Source: Lytechinus pictus (taxonomy: Eukaryota). From it: a stretch of 64,000 nt of DNA. The stretch spans positions 6,450,001 to 6,514,000 of the forward strand of contig NC_087249.1 in the NCBI RefSeq assembly GCF_037042905.1, read 5' to 3'. Shown here in pieces: positions 24,441 to 36,043 of this stretch. Below the pieces are notes generated by a model. The model worked only from the letters and a program-made list of their open reading frames with translations, did no database searches and was not told the origin of the DNA. Numbering within the stretch: the first letter of the stretch is position 1; the number at the start of each line of letters is the position of its first letter. Position numbers and translations under genes: made by a program.

Positions 24441-25831
24441 TAAGTGACTCAAAAATGTTGATGGTGCCCCCCCCCCCCCCCATGCCGTGACCCACGGTAT
24501 ATACGCCACTGCTCGATGGATATTGAACTGATTTGAAAACTATCATTGGTCCATATATACAGTCTACTTGGATTTATTTTAAATCTGTATATAATTTGTA
24601 TAGGCATATCTGCTTATATATGATCCCCTCACCTCCTTACATATCCAAAAGCATCAGTCTCCGTATCACGAGATGACCGCCAAACTACGTTGGCTATGTC
24701 ACCTTTTTTAAAGGCTCGCCTATGATCGCTGGCAACTTTCAGTCTCAGACCGTACGCAATCCGGGCCGGTGCCCCTAAAAAGTTGCACTTTCGCATACTG
24801 ACATGGGTCATCAACTCGATAAAAATATTGATCGAGAAACACTACACGTTTATAAGATTTATAGGGGGACCGGGGGGGGGGTATGCCGTTGTGAAGCGCC
24901 CCTAGCCCTGCAGCCCTACTCGAACCAGATTTACGGGGATTAACGCCATTGTTCCATGCCATATATAGCACAATTAATGCTTTTAATGTTTTTTCTGCAG
25001 TCTTTATCACTCATATTATAAGACGTGAGCTGATTATCATTTTGGACATTGAATCATATTATGAATGTCCATATCTTATAAGGTATATGGACTATTATGG
25101 GTGATAAAAGACTGCAGAAAAAACATTAAAAGCATTTTTTTTAAACTCTAATGCTAAATAAAACGCTGCATGTTGCCCAGGGCCAAAATCCGATTGAAAT
25201 CAGTTGGATTTCCAACTGATTTCAATTGGTTTCAATTGGAAAATGTTATATTCCAGTTAAAAACAATTGAAACCAGTTGAAACCAATTGAAACCAATTGA
25301 AATCAGTTGGAAATCCAACTGATGCCCGACTGGTTTCAATTGGTTTCAATTGGAAAATGTTATATTCCAGTTAAAAACAATTGAAACCAGTTGAAACCAA
25401 TTGAAACCAATTGAAACCAGTCGGGCAACTGGAAATCCTAACTGGAACCAGTTATAGGTAACTGAAACAGTTGGGTTACTGGAAATGTCTTCCAACTGGA
25501 AATGACTTCTAACTGGAACCAGTTGGGTAAATGGACATCCTAACTGAAACCCGTTCGGTAACTGGAAATGAAAGTAACTGGAAAGTTGGGTAACTGGAAA
25601 TGACTTCTAAGTGGAACCAGTTGGATATAACTGGAAATCCTAACTGGATCCAGTTGGGTAACTGGAAATGATTTCAAATTGGTTTCCATTAGGAAATTTT
25701 TCCAGTTACCTAACTGGATCCAATTTACAATGTATTTATTCATTTCTTTTCATTCTCAAGTGCCACACTTGTTTAAGATAAATGTTCAGAATACTTAGCA
25801 GTGAAAACCATGTTCATAAATAGATTATAAT

Positions 25832-28348
25832 CATAGGCGGATCCAGCTTTTGGCGAAAGGGGGGGCGCACTACCGAGCGGCGCACATATTTTTGCACTTC
25901 ACCGGCGCCATAAAAGAAAATGTTAAAAAAGGGGTAAAGTCTGACCCTGTCAAATGCTCTTTTCAAAATGTAGGATTTCCAGTCATGCCATTTTGCATGA
26001 CCACACGCAGATAATATTTCCGGGGGGGCAAGACTCGAAAATTTGGTGCACATCTCACATTTGCACATTTTTCTTTAACTTTCCAAAGGCGCTCGATATC
26101 ACACAAAACAAACAAACTCACACAAACACACACACACATATGCATATATATATATATATATCTTTATTTATATGACTCATGAGATGGAAACACATATCTC
26201 ACCAACAAATTAATGCGAGCGCGAAGCGCGAGCTGAAATTTTTTTGTATACTGACCTGAAAACAGGAAAAAGGTGCCTGTTTAGGACTGTTTGTAGTAAC
26301 TCATGAGGTCATGAGGAGGATACATATCTCACTACACATGCAGATAATGCGAGTGCCGAGGGCGAGCTGAAATTTCTTTATATTCTGACCAGAAAGCTTG
26401 ATATTCTAGGCATTTTTGGTAACAATGATTAAGATGGGTATCTAAAAAAAAAATAGATGCGAGCGCGAAGCGCGAGCTTAAAATTTTGATATTTCGATCT
26501 GAAAAAAATGACAGTTTAATGGATGTTTGTAATAAAGGACAAAATTATATCCAGCAAAAGATTATTGCAAATCGAAGCGGGAGTTCTTTTGACGTTTAGT
26601 CCTGAAAAAGGGACATTCTATTCATCTATTTAATCATTAAAAGTATGGGGTTTTGCTACAGAAATGATGCAAGCGCGAGCTGAAAAAATTGCATATTCCA
26701 ATCTGAGAAGCGGATAATTTAAGCACGATTTTAAATAAAGAACGAGTTGTGTAGCTCAATTTCAATATACGACTGGTTGCATGATTATACACTCCCGATA
26801 CTAGCAACGGGTTTTAGCAAAGTTTTGGGCTAAAATATCGAATCATCTTCATAAAACACTATATAGAAGCTGTCTTAAACTAAAGGCCATAGAGGTGGCA
26901 TGTGGAATGTGTAAAGAAGAAAAGTGACTGACCTTCTTTTTATTTAAGCATTGGAAAATAAGATCAAAATTAAAAGATTTGCACTACGCTTTTGTATGAT
27001 TCTGGTTTTTTTTAAATAAATTAAAGATTTCATGACATCTGTCATTCTGTGGGCAACTGCCCCGCCCCAGTCCACTCTGTAAGGGCATGCGATAAGCTTT
27101 TTTATGACCATTCAACAATAAAATGTATAACCAGCTAGGTGCCGTTGATCATTCTTGACCGGCGCCGATCTAGATTTGGTTGGCAATAGGCCCTTCTTCA
27201 TTATTCTACCGGCGCCTATTTATTGGAACCAGGGGACGCTGATTATTCTTGACCGGCGCCGATTTAGAACAAGTAGTGATGATTATTTTTACCGACGTCA
27301 CGTAAGATTCAGGCAGCAGCAATTCATAATTGACTGGCGCCGATTTAGAACCAGGAGGCGCCGATTATTCTTGACTGGCGCCGATTTTTAACCAGGTGGT
27401 ACTGATTATTCTTGTCCGGCGCCGATTTAGATTTAGGTGGAGCTGATTATTCTTGATCGGCGCCGGTTAAGACTCAGGCAGCGCCGATTTATAACCAGAT
27501 GGCGCTGATTATTCTTGACCAGCCCCGATTTAGATATAGGTGGCGCTGATTATCCTTGATCGGCGCCGGTTACGAACTCAGGCAGCGCCGATTTTTTTTA
27601 ACCGGCGCCGATTTATAACCAGATGGCGCCGTTTATTCTTGCCCGGCGCCGATTTAGATTTAGGTGGAGCTGATTATTCTTGATCGGCGCCGGTTAAGAC
27701 TCTGGCAGCGCCGATTTATAACCAGATGGCGCTGATTATTCTTGTCCGTGGCCCCGATTTAGATTTAGGTGGCGCTGATTATCCTTGATCGGCGCCGGTT
27801 AAGAACTCAGGCAGGGTCGATTTTTCTGTACCGGCGCCGATTTATAACCAGATGGCGCCGATTATTTTTATCTGGTGCCGATTTAGATTTAGGTGGCGCA
27901 GATTATCCTTGATCGCCGCCCGTTAAGACTCTGGCAGTGCCGATTTTTCTCGACTGGCGCCGATTTATAACCAAATGGCGCTGATTATTCTTGTCCGGCG
28001 CCGATTTAGATTAAGGTGGGGCTGATTATTCTTGATTGGCGCCAGTTATATACAGGCAGCGCACTGCTGATTATTTTTAACCGGCGAAGTTGTTGGGAAA
28101 AGGGTAGTTAAAAGAAAAGATAAGGAAGATATGATTGTGCTTTGCTGGGGGAAAGTCTTTCCTTACTGTTGCTAATATTATATCAGTGTATAATTTTTTT
28201 TAGCGGCGCCTTTTCTTTCCTTTATTTTTATTTTTTCAAGCAGCGCCTTTTCTTTCTTTTACTTTTTTTTTTGAGCGGCGCCTTCGGCGCCGCTCAAATA
28301 TTAGGGGGGGCGCGCGCCCCCTGCGCCACCCCCCTGGATCCGCCACTG
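25832..28348. mobile_element. 2.5-kb hAT-like element nested in the EnSpm-like element
   Basis: TIRs CATAGGCGGATCCAG / CTGGATCCGCCACTG; 5-bp direct repeat ATAAT on both sides. Confidence 0.7.
27150..28090. repeat. GGCGCC-core minisatellite with higher-order structure
   Basis: ~20-bp subunits around GGCGCCGATT; longer blocks recur ~228 bp apart (e.g. 27430 and 27657). Confidence 0.85.
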
Positions 28349-29559
28349 ATAATTACAACAGATTGAAAGATGATTAGTACACCACTAACTGTTATACCAA
28401 ATTACATCAAATACAAATACATATTCGAAGCTCCTCCATATAAATATATTTGTATGAGAGTCTATGTTTTATCAATGCCCTCTACATTGGTATTAATTGA
28501 CATATAACGATGCTTCTGTGTTGGCATGAGCAATGGTTAGTACAAATTGTAATTAATTAACTACTCAAGTTCATTCCAACTGGAAGTTCAGATTGGATCC
28601 AGTTGAAACTAATTGGTTTCAACTGGAACCAATTGAAACCAGTTGCCTCCAAATACTGGTTATATGGAAATTAGAACACTCTGGAACCAACTGGATGCAG
28701 TTGCCTAATTGGTTTCAACTGGAACCAATTGAAACCATTGCCAACTTGTTCAAGTTGCCCAATCGGTTTCAACTGGAACCAATTGGCAACTGGTTTCAAT
28801 TGGAACCAGCTGTTCAAATTTCCCTATTGAAACCAGTTGGCCAACTGGTTTCAATTGGTTTTGCTCTAATTGGTTTCAACTGGATTTTGGTCCTGGGTGA
28901 ATGATAAAGGAGATAAAATATTTCGCCCCGAAATCAATAGATTTTTTTTATCTCCTCCACCTTTATTTCTCCTCCCCAGTATTTTGGGGCGGAGAATCAA
29001 ACTCCCCCCCCCCGCCCTCCACCTGGCGCCCGTGACTGACGAAAAAAGAGAGAAAAAAAACATGCAACTTATAACATTAAAAGCTTTTTCATTGTTCTTA
29101 TGAAGCTCACCCCCCCCCCCCCCCAAAAAAAAAAAAAAAAAAATAATAATAATAATAATAATAAAATAAATAAATAAAATTAAAAAAAACCTCAGCTCAG
29201 TGACCGTCATGAGTCCGTATGCTCGATCAGCTCTTAACACAAATCAAATTAGTTACTCATAGGAAAAGACGAGGCATATTAAAAAATAAAATCACCCTGG
29301 CATATACCGGTATCACTTGGCACTTCATAAACTGACTGCACTACAACAAGCCACAACCAAGCTTACAAACAATTGTCTTTAACCTGTCCAATTTTTCTCA
29401 ATCAGGACACTTCTTCGAAGCTTTTACTTGTGCCAAAACCAAGCTGAAGCTGGTAAAGGCAAGTGGTCAATAAATGAGATAGTTTGTTTGTTTAATCATT
29501 ACATATTCCAATAATCGATTTGGATTTTCAAATGAAACGGCAATGAAATTGTGGTAACC

Positions 29560-29720
29560 ACCACACACGAACGCTGTCGCATGCAGGCGCTACCGCACTT
29601 GGTCGGTAATGTGGTACGGTACGGAACTGCCGAGCGGCGTGGGCGTGGTCATACTCGTATTGACTGCTGCTGACATGACCCCGTTCGATTTTGATTTTTT
29701 ATAACGTTAACGTTAACTAA
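29560..29720 (+). promoter_or_regulatory. Candidate CpG-rich promoter / non-coding first exon of AMACR
   Basis: Local CpG enrichment ~700 bp upstream of the AMACR ATG exon, which begins at an acceptor (TTGCAG, 30396) only 3 nt before the ATG. Confidence 0.4.
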
Positions 29721-30399
29721 GTGTTAACAAAATGAGTCAGTTGGCCTTAGCCTGGGTTTTTTTTCCTTCCAATGTCTTGAATGGACTTCTAACGTTAATT
29801 ATCTAGATCTAGGCCTACAACTTAATGAAGACTTGTCTTGTCTTAGTCTTAGAGTTAGACTCTTCAAGTTAGACTCTTATTCTTAATAATTTAAAGTCTT
29901 GATAAATGATAGTTGATGATTCAACTTTTTATGTTGAATCACTCAATTCAGACGGAATCCTTATTTCTAACTTAGTCTTTTATTTTGGCATTATAGATGG
30001 CCTTATTCTATACTGGCCCTTTGTGTTAATTGTTTTCAATGGTTTTATGTTATTGACATATTAGTATTACAGTTTGTTTAACTTCACATTGTATGCTTTT
30101 TTGTAATGTTTGTATTCTTAGAATCTGACTTAATCTTTTAGGGCCAGTCACTCACCAGTCCAAGGAAAACAGTATGCCAATTACTGATGGAGCCACCCTA
30201 CTGAAAAAAAAAAATGAATATTGAAAAAAATTAAATAGATCTAAATAAAGAATAAATAAATACGACCGCTAAAACTTAGGCGCAGAATCTTTAGACTTTT
30301 ATAATAGTAGTATGGACCCTTGTAAAACTAGAACTAGACTAGAACTTACTAAGTCTAGATTGTGAATTAATTAGTGTTTCTTGATATTACTTGCAGATA

Positions 30400-33300
30400 A
30401 TGGCTCTTGCTGGGTTGAAGGTCATTGAGATTGCTGGTCTAGCACCAGTCCCCCATGCAGGACTGATCCTTGCAGACTTCGGTGCCAGGGTCATCAGGGT
30501 GGACCGACTTGCTCAGATGAGTGACAAACTTAGCCGTGGCAAGCTGTCTGTCGCCCTCAACCTGAAGTCGCCAAAGGGAGTTGAAGCATTCAAGAGAGTA
30601 AGCAGCGATGCTGATGTTCTGATTGAACCCTTTAGACCTGGTATGAAAAAAAAACGGCAAGAGTTCCATATGCACCCCACTAAAATTTAAAATAAAAACA
30701 TGGATAAGGTTCAGAATGATATATCTAGCCCTAGTATGAAACATATATGATGGGGGATTCATATTTCGAGCAGGATCTAGTGCGTGTAACTGTCCATAAA
30801 CATCAGTTTATTCAGTCAGTAAAGGGTCTGTGAGTCTAGACTAGTCAAACTATTGGCTGATAATCATTAAAATGCCCCTTTCGGTATCAACGCTTCTCGC
30901 TAGCATAGCGGGAAGAGGTCTTGACTGCAGATAAAATGAGGTGAGTTCAAGTCCTCACTAAGGTAAGCAGCAGTAAAAAATGATAGAAAATTCTGAAGTG
31001 AGCGAACCGGAATTCTCAACAATCTTTTGTTAGTTTTGGTGGGGGGTGCATATGGAACTCTTTAAAAAAAAAGAACTACCCTGTAAATCTCAATCATGTG
31101 AGCAACAAAAATGCTCAGCATGATTTATAGTTCTCAGACATGTAATTGTATGAGACAACTTGTCTCACGTAAAGAATAGACAATTAAGATCATGTGCAAT
31201 GAGAAGTGTATACTTTCCAAAAAAAATTAAAGGTAATCAAAAAGAAAAAAGAAAATTCATTGAAGAAATTATACTTTAAAAAAAAACTTTTAAAAGTTAT
31301 ATATTTTTAAAACACATTTAAGAAATAAATTGTGATTTTTTTTTAAGGATGCAAACACAGAGGACAAACAATACAGTAGGCCTTAACCTCATCAAAAAGC
31401 AGGCCTTTCCATAACTTAGCCAATATTGCAACATTCTGAGCAGTATAGTTTTGTAATACAGGCCCATTCGAATGATAACACACCAATTCACTAATCTGTA
31501 CATTTCGCTTCCGCCATTAAAATAAAGTTGTAATGTATTTCCTATGCTCTCAATATATTACTGTTCAGTGCCGAGATGCTGTTTCTATTTTTATTTACTT
31601 AAGTATATTTCTTATATCTTGCAGCACTATTTTTTTTATTCCAAATATGTACATATCTCTATCTCCTTTGACATTTTTTTTGCCCCCCTTCCTCTTCATT
31701 CCCATTTATCAATGTGTAATATTTTGTGTAAAAGAATTTATATTTTTCATTTATGTCATGGGAGTGGCTTGTGTTTGGAGGGGGAGCAGGGGGACATGCC
31801 TCCGGGCAACAGTGCTGAATTTCACTTTTGTGCCTCCTGACCCACTTGCCACTCACATATATTTCTTTGCATGTTTGTTCATGTATACTGTAATTGTTTT
31901 CTGATGTAATGTATATGTACTTTTTTATATTGGTCAAATAATAATAATAATATAGGTATATTTATGGAAACCACTTCAGTTCTGTAAACTGTTCTCCCAG
32001 TGGGCCCTGCTATTTTTATAACCCCGGCTTTAGCTGGGCTGCCAAGGCGCTCAAGCATTCAAGGAATTTCTTCCTACCGGGTACCCATTCACCTCACCTG
32101 GGTTGAGTGCAGCACAATGTGGAAAAATTTCTTGCTGAGGGAAATAAATAATAATAATAATATTACCTTTCTGTCTTTGATCAAACTTCTCAATAGGAAC
32201 CATGGAGAGGATGGGTCTGGGTCCATCTGCTTTGATGAAAGACAATCCTGGATTAATCTATGCAAGGCTAAGTGGGTTTGGACAGGAAGGTCCTATGAAG
32301 CAAATGGCGGGTCATGACATCAATTATATTGCCACCGCCGGTAAGTTTCAAGGTTCCATGAAATTTGCTGTGGCTATCATACAGTTACTCTGATGGAAAA
32401 AAAGATAAATAAATCCTGACTTACAAAATTAAATAAAACCTAAGACAAGTACCCTTATCTTTATATTATTCTGAACCAAAAACTATATTACAATCCTAAC
32501 TCTAACCCTATGCCCTCTGGCCTCTAAGATATTAAGACTTGGGCCCCGTAACTCAAAGCTTAGCGATGGTAAGAAAATATGAAAGAACACTTCTGATTGG
32601 TTTCTGGTCAGTATTTTGCGCCAAATGCGCTTGTAGCATTGATCTTGATTGGTCAGTTCATTTAGCGATTGATCGCTAATCTTTGTGTTACGGAGCCCAG
32701 AGCAAATGTTGCCTGATCAGATGTCAGGCACTCATTATTTTAAGGAGAGCCCCATGTCTGCGCACCTGAAAATTTGACTTAAGATTAAACAAAAATATAT
32801 TTAAATTCTATGAAAATTTTCAGTTCATAATGTTCCTTATATATTCTTATGTGCAAGTGTACCAAAACTCTCAGAAAAAGTAGAGAAATGTATGACTTTC
32901 TTGGAAGAAATTGATTGAAATAACAGCAAACAGACAATAATTTGTAAAAATATTAGATGCTTTTATTGTGCATACCGGGTAATATTCAACAGAATCTCAA
33001 TGCACTTATGTAATTTGGTCTTCTGTCAGTATTAAACTTAGTAATGCATTAACAATAACACAATTATGATTCGAAATTAACAAACTAACATTTTATTCAA
33101 CGAAGTATACACCTTTCATAAACACAATGGGTTGTATTCTAATAATTAAACCTAGGTTTAAACCTAGGTTTAATCCTAGTCTAAACTAGAATCATGAACC
33201 ATGCTTCTGTGGAATGCTGGCTTCAATTTTTTCCATATCGGTGGCAATTTTAATGTACCAATTAATCAGTTAAAATTCATAATATTTTTGTATTTTCAAA

Positions 33301-36043
33301 TTCTCTCACATTTCATGACTCAATTGATTTTTTTGACAACTTTTTGCAGCAGGATAAGATTGATTTTTTTTATTTGGTGAATGGGTTGACAACTGGCATT
33401 CCATAAAAGTGTGGTCTAAATGAACCCAGGTTTAACTAAACCATGGCCATATATCAGAACGTACATCACCCAATATTTTAACATGAGAACAAGTATAGGC
33501 TTTTATAATATTTTCATTTGTCTAATTATTTCAGGGGTTCTGTCTGCACTTGGGCGAACAGGAGAGAAGCCCACCTTTCCTGTCAACTTGCTGGCAGACT
33601 TTGCCGGAGGGGGTCTGATGTGTGCCATGGGCATCGTCATGTCTCTGTTTGAAAGAACAAGATCTGGACTTGGCCAAGTCATTGATGCAAATATGGTGAG
33701 TATGAATAAAGTAATCAAATTGGATATATAGTGGTGCTGAAAATTTAGTGAACCCCAACAGAAAATGAACATATTTAAAGTGTTCAAGTTCTGCCGTGTT
33801 TTAGATATAAGTCAGGTGATGAAATATGACATTCAATTCCCTTTTAAGACCATAACTTCATCCTTTGATGAGGTGTTACTTTGAAAATTGTCAACAGAAA
33901 TGTTTCAACTTTTTCAACTTCTAGAATGCATTTTTGTTCCAAGTTTTATGTACCTAAAACAAAAAAAGAATACATGTTTGTTGTATAGTGTGAAGTTCTC
34001 CTACTTTCATAGATACAGAAGAACGGTGACTTCCAGTGAGGGATTGTAATGTTTATTTTGTCTTAGATCATCAAAAATATTGAGGGAACAGAAATGAGGC
34101 ACAGCTGGTATGAATTTTGACCCTTATGTGTTTTGTATTATTATAAGTAATTGGACCAAACTTCAATATAACCATATGGTCACTTTGTCATTATAGATTA
34201 ATAACCTGATGACTCTCACGTAGCATGTGTAAATTTTATATCTCCAGTGATTGATTTATATTGTTTTATTTCAGTGTACGAAATACATGAGGGCGATAGG
34301 TGATTTTGCCCTCATGACAGCCCAAATCACCCCTAAAATACTCCCAAAATGCATGCTTTGGGGTGACTATTTTTTCTAGAGTCACCCAAGATCTGTCACA
34401 AGTTACAATATGCAAGATTACTTAGAAAATCAATATTCTAACTATGGCAGAATAATGATATTTCCTTTAACATCATTTTGCTTGTTACCCCTAAATAGTG
34501 ACCCTTAAAATGAAAGAAATAGCCCCAATGAGGGGAAAAAAAGAATTTCTATGAAAAACAAAAATTACTTCCTTCCCTGTTTTATTTTCAGGTTAATGGA
34601 GCAGCCTATGTTAGCTCATTTTTATGGGCGAATCGTGATATGGGTCTTTTTGGAGATGATGCCAGTAGAGGAAAGAATCTTCTTGATTCGGGAGCTCCAT
34701 GCTACGATACATATCGTACTCTAGATGCAAAGTATATGGCAGTGGGCGCCCTGGAACCCCAGTTCTATGCTAAGTTCTTGGAAGGTGAGCCCTTTATTGT
34801 AATATGTTGTCATAATGGTAATTCATTTGATATTGGAGGCTTTGTCATATCGTTCCGTGCAAGCCTTGCGGGTTGGTTGCGGGCAATCACCTGCAACTCA
34901 CACGCAAACAAGTTTTGAGCATGCTCAAAACTCTTTTGCATGCAAATCAGACTTGCATTCTTGTTTGGCGATAAGCGTTGTGTCACGTTTAATGAGAAAA
35001 GATCAGCATTTGAAGAGAATGAGGAGGAAGGGGTTAGGGTTACAGAAAGCAGGGATGAGAGGAACAGTAGGAAAAATGATAGTATGTGGGAATTAGAGGG
35101 TGAGGATGAGAAATCTTTATAATAATATTGTAATATTCATATGTATATAGGGAAACCCTGGTTTAGTGGTCCACCTACACTCTCCCAATCAGTTATATCG
35201 GGAGAAGAGACCTGCTGGTCAAAGTGATTCAGTTGGCTTTTCGTCTCCCAGGCACAGATGAGGCCAAAGGGTGGGATGGAAGAATAGGAAAAATGACAGT
35301 ATGCGGGAAGAGGGGGAAGGGGATGTAGGTTTAGAAAGAAGAGAGGGTGAAGATCATTGGCATATTGATGGGGGCACAGTTGAACCCATCCTCCCCCCCC
35401 CTCTAGAAAAATAAAGAACATGAATGAATGAATGAACAAACGAACGAACGAACGAACGAACGATGTAAATATTTCTAAGCACTCAATTTTCTGCTTATTA
35501 CTTGATGACAGGAATTGTGAAACAAAAGAGTAATCAATAAATGAATAAATTACAGTATATTCAAAATGTATTACCTTTATTACTATATGATAATTGATAT
35601 ACAATATTGGATAATAATTTTTCATTGCAGGTATTGGACTCGCTGATGACGATGATCTACCTCCACAGTTGAGCAGGGAGGACTGGCCCAGTATGAAGCA
35701 AACATTTGCCAGTATCTTCGCCACCAAGACCCAGTCAGAGTGGACCCAGATCTTTGAGAACAGCGATGCCTGCGTCACTCCTGTCCTGACTAGAGACGAG
35801 GCATCCCAGCATCCCCATAACAAAGCCATGGGACACTTCTTGACGAATACCAAAGGGGGGCGCGAACCCGCCCCTGCTCCGATCCTGTCGCGCACCCCTG
35901 CTCGGCCTAACTCGATGGCTCTCCCAGCTGTCGGCCAAGACACACTGTCAGTTCTGTTAGAGGCTGGATACAGCAAAGATGAGGTGAAGGAGATGTGCGA
36001 TAATGGGGTTGCCGAAGTGGCAAAAGTGTCTTCCAAGTTATGA
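30400..36043 (+). CDS. AMACR: Alpha-methylacyl-CoA racemase (383 aa); exons 30400-30640, 32197-32340, 33535-33695, 34592-34784, 35631-36043
   Basis: CoA-transferase III motifs [49 protein letters not shown], catalytic GHDINY and [27 protein letters not shown]-terminal PTS1 SKL; all GT-AG with consistent phase, 1152 nt. Confidence 0.96.
31940..32160 (-). repeat. SINE fragment (same family as 51230-51390)
   Basis: Shared GGCTTTAGC..GGGCT...AGCATTCAAGGA..TTCCTA..GG..A.CCATT.AC..CAC segment. The 51.3-kb copy carries a reverse B-box (GAATTCAAACCC). Confidence 0.5.
32541..32697. mobile_element. Harbinger-like MITE
   Basis: TIR GGGCCCCGTAACTCAAAG.TTAGCGAT / ATCGCTAATCTTTGTGTTACGGAGCCC. Confidence 0.6.
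35149..35268 (+). repeat. Dispersed repeat ending in a truncated hammerhead-like core (retrozyme-like), copy 1
   Basis: Alignable with 50324-50443; ends GGCACAGATGAGGCCAAA. Confidence 0.45.

Larger units (their letters stand above)
22528..24511. mobile_element. hAT-like non-autonomous element (CAGTGGCGTA termini) carrying two nested MITEs
   Basis: CAGTGGCGTAA / ATACGCCACTG; imperfect 8-bp flanks ATCGAGGG / CTCGATGG; left portion matches 4100-4330 in reverse. Confidence 0.6.
25176..28897. mobile_element. EnSpm/CMC-like non-autonomous element with subterminal repeat arrays
   Basis: Termini CCCAGGGCCAAAATCC / GGATTTTGGTCCTGGG; 2-bp TSD TG; ~10-bp AATTGAAACC/AACTGGAA subterminal repeats at 25190-25730 and 28575-28885. 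Confidence 0.7.

Noticed and set aside
27150..28090. CRISPR-like repeat/spacer array
   Set aside because: The spacers are themselves repeated and short, there are no cas genes, and the context is eukaryotic. It is a minisatellite.
28593..28904. WFQLEP-repeat ORF
   Set aside because: Translation of EnSpm-like subterminal repeats.
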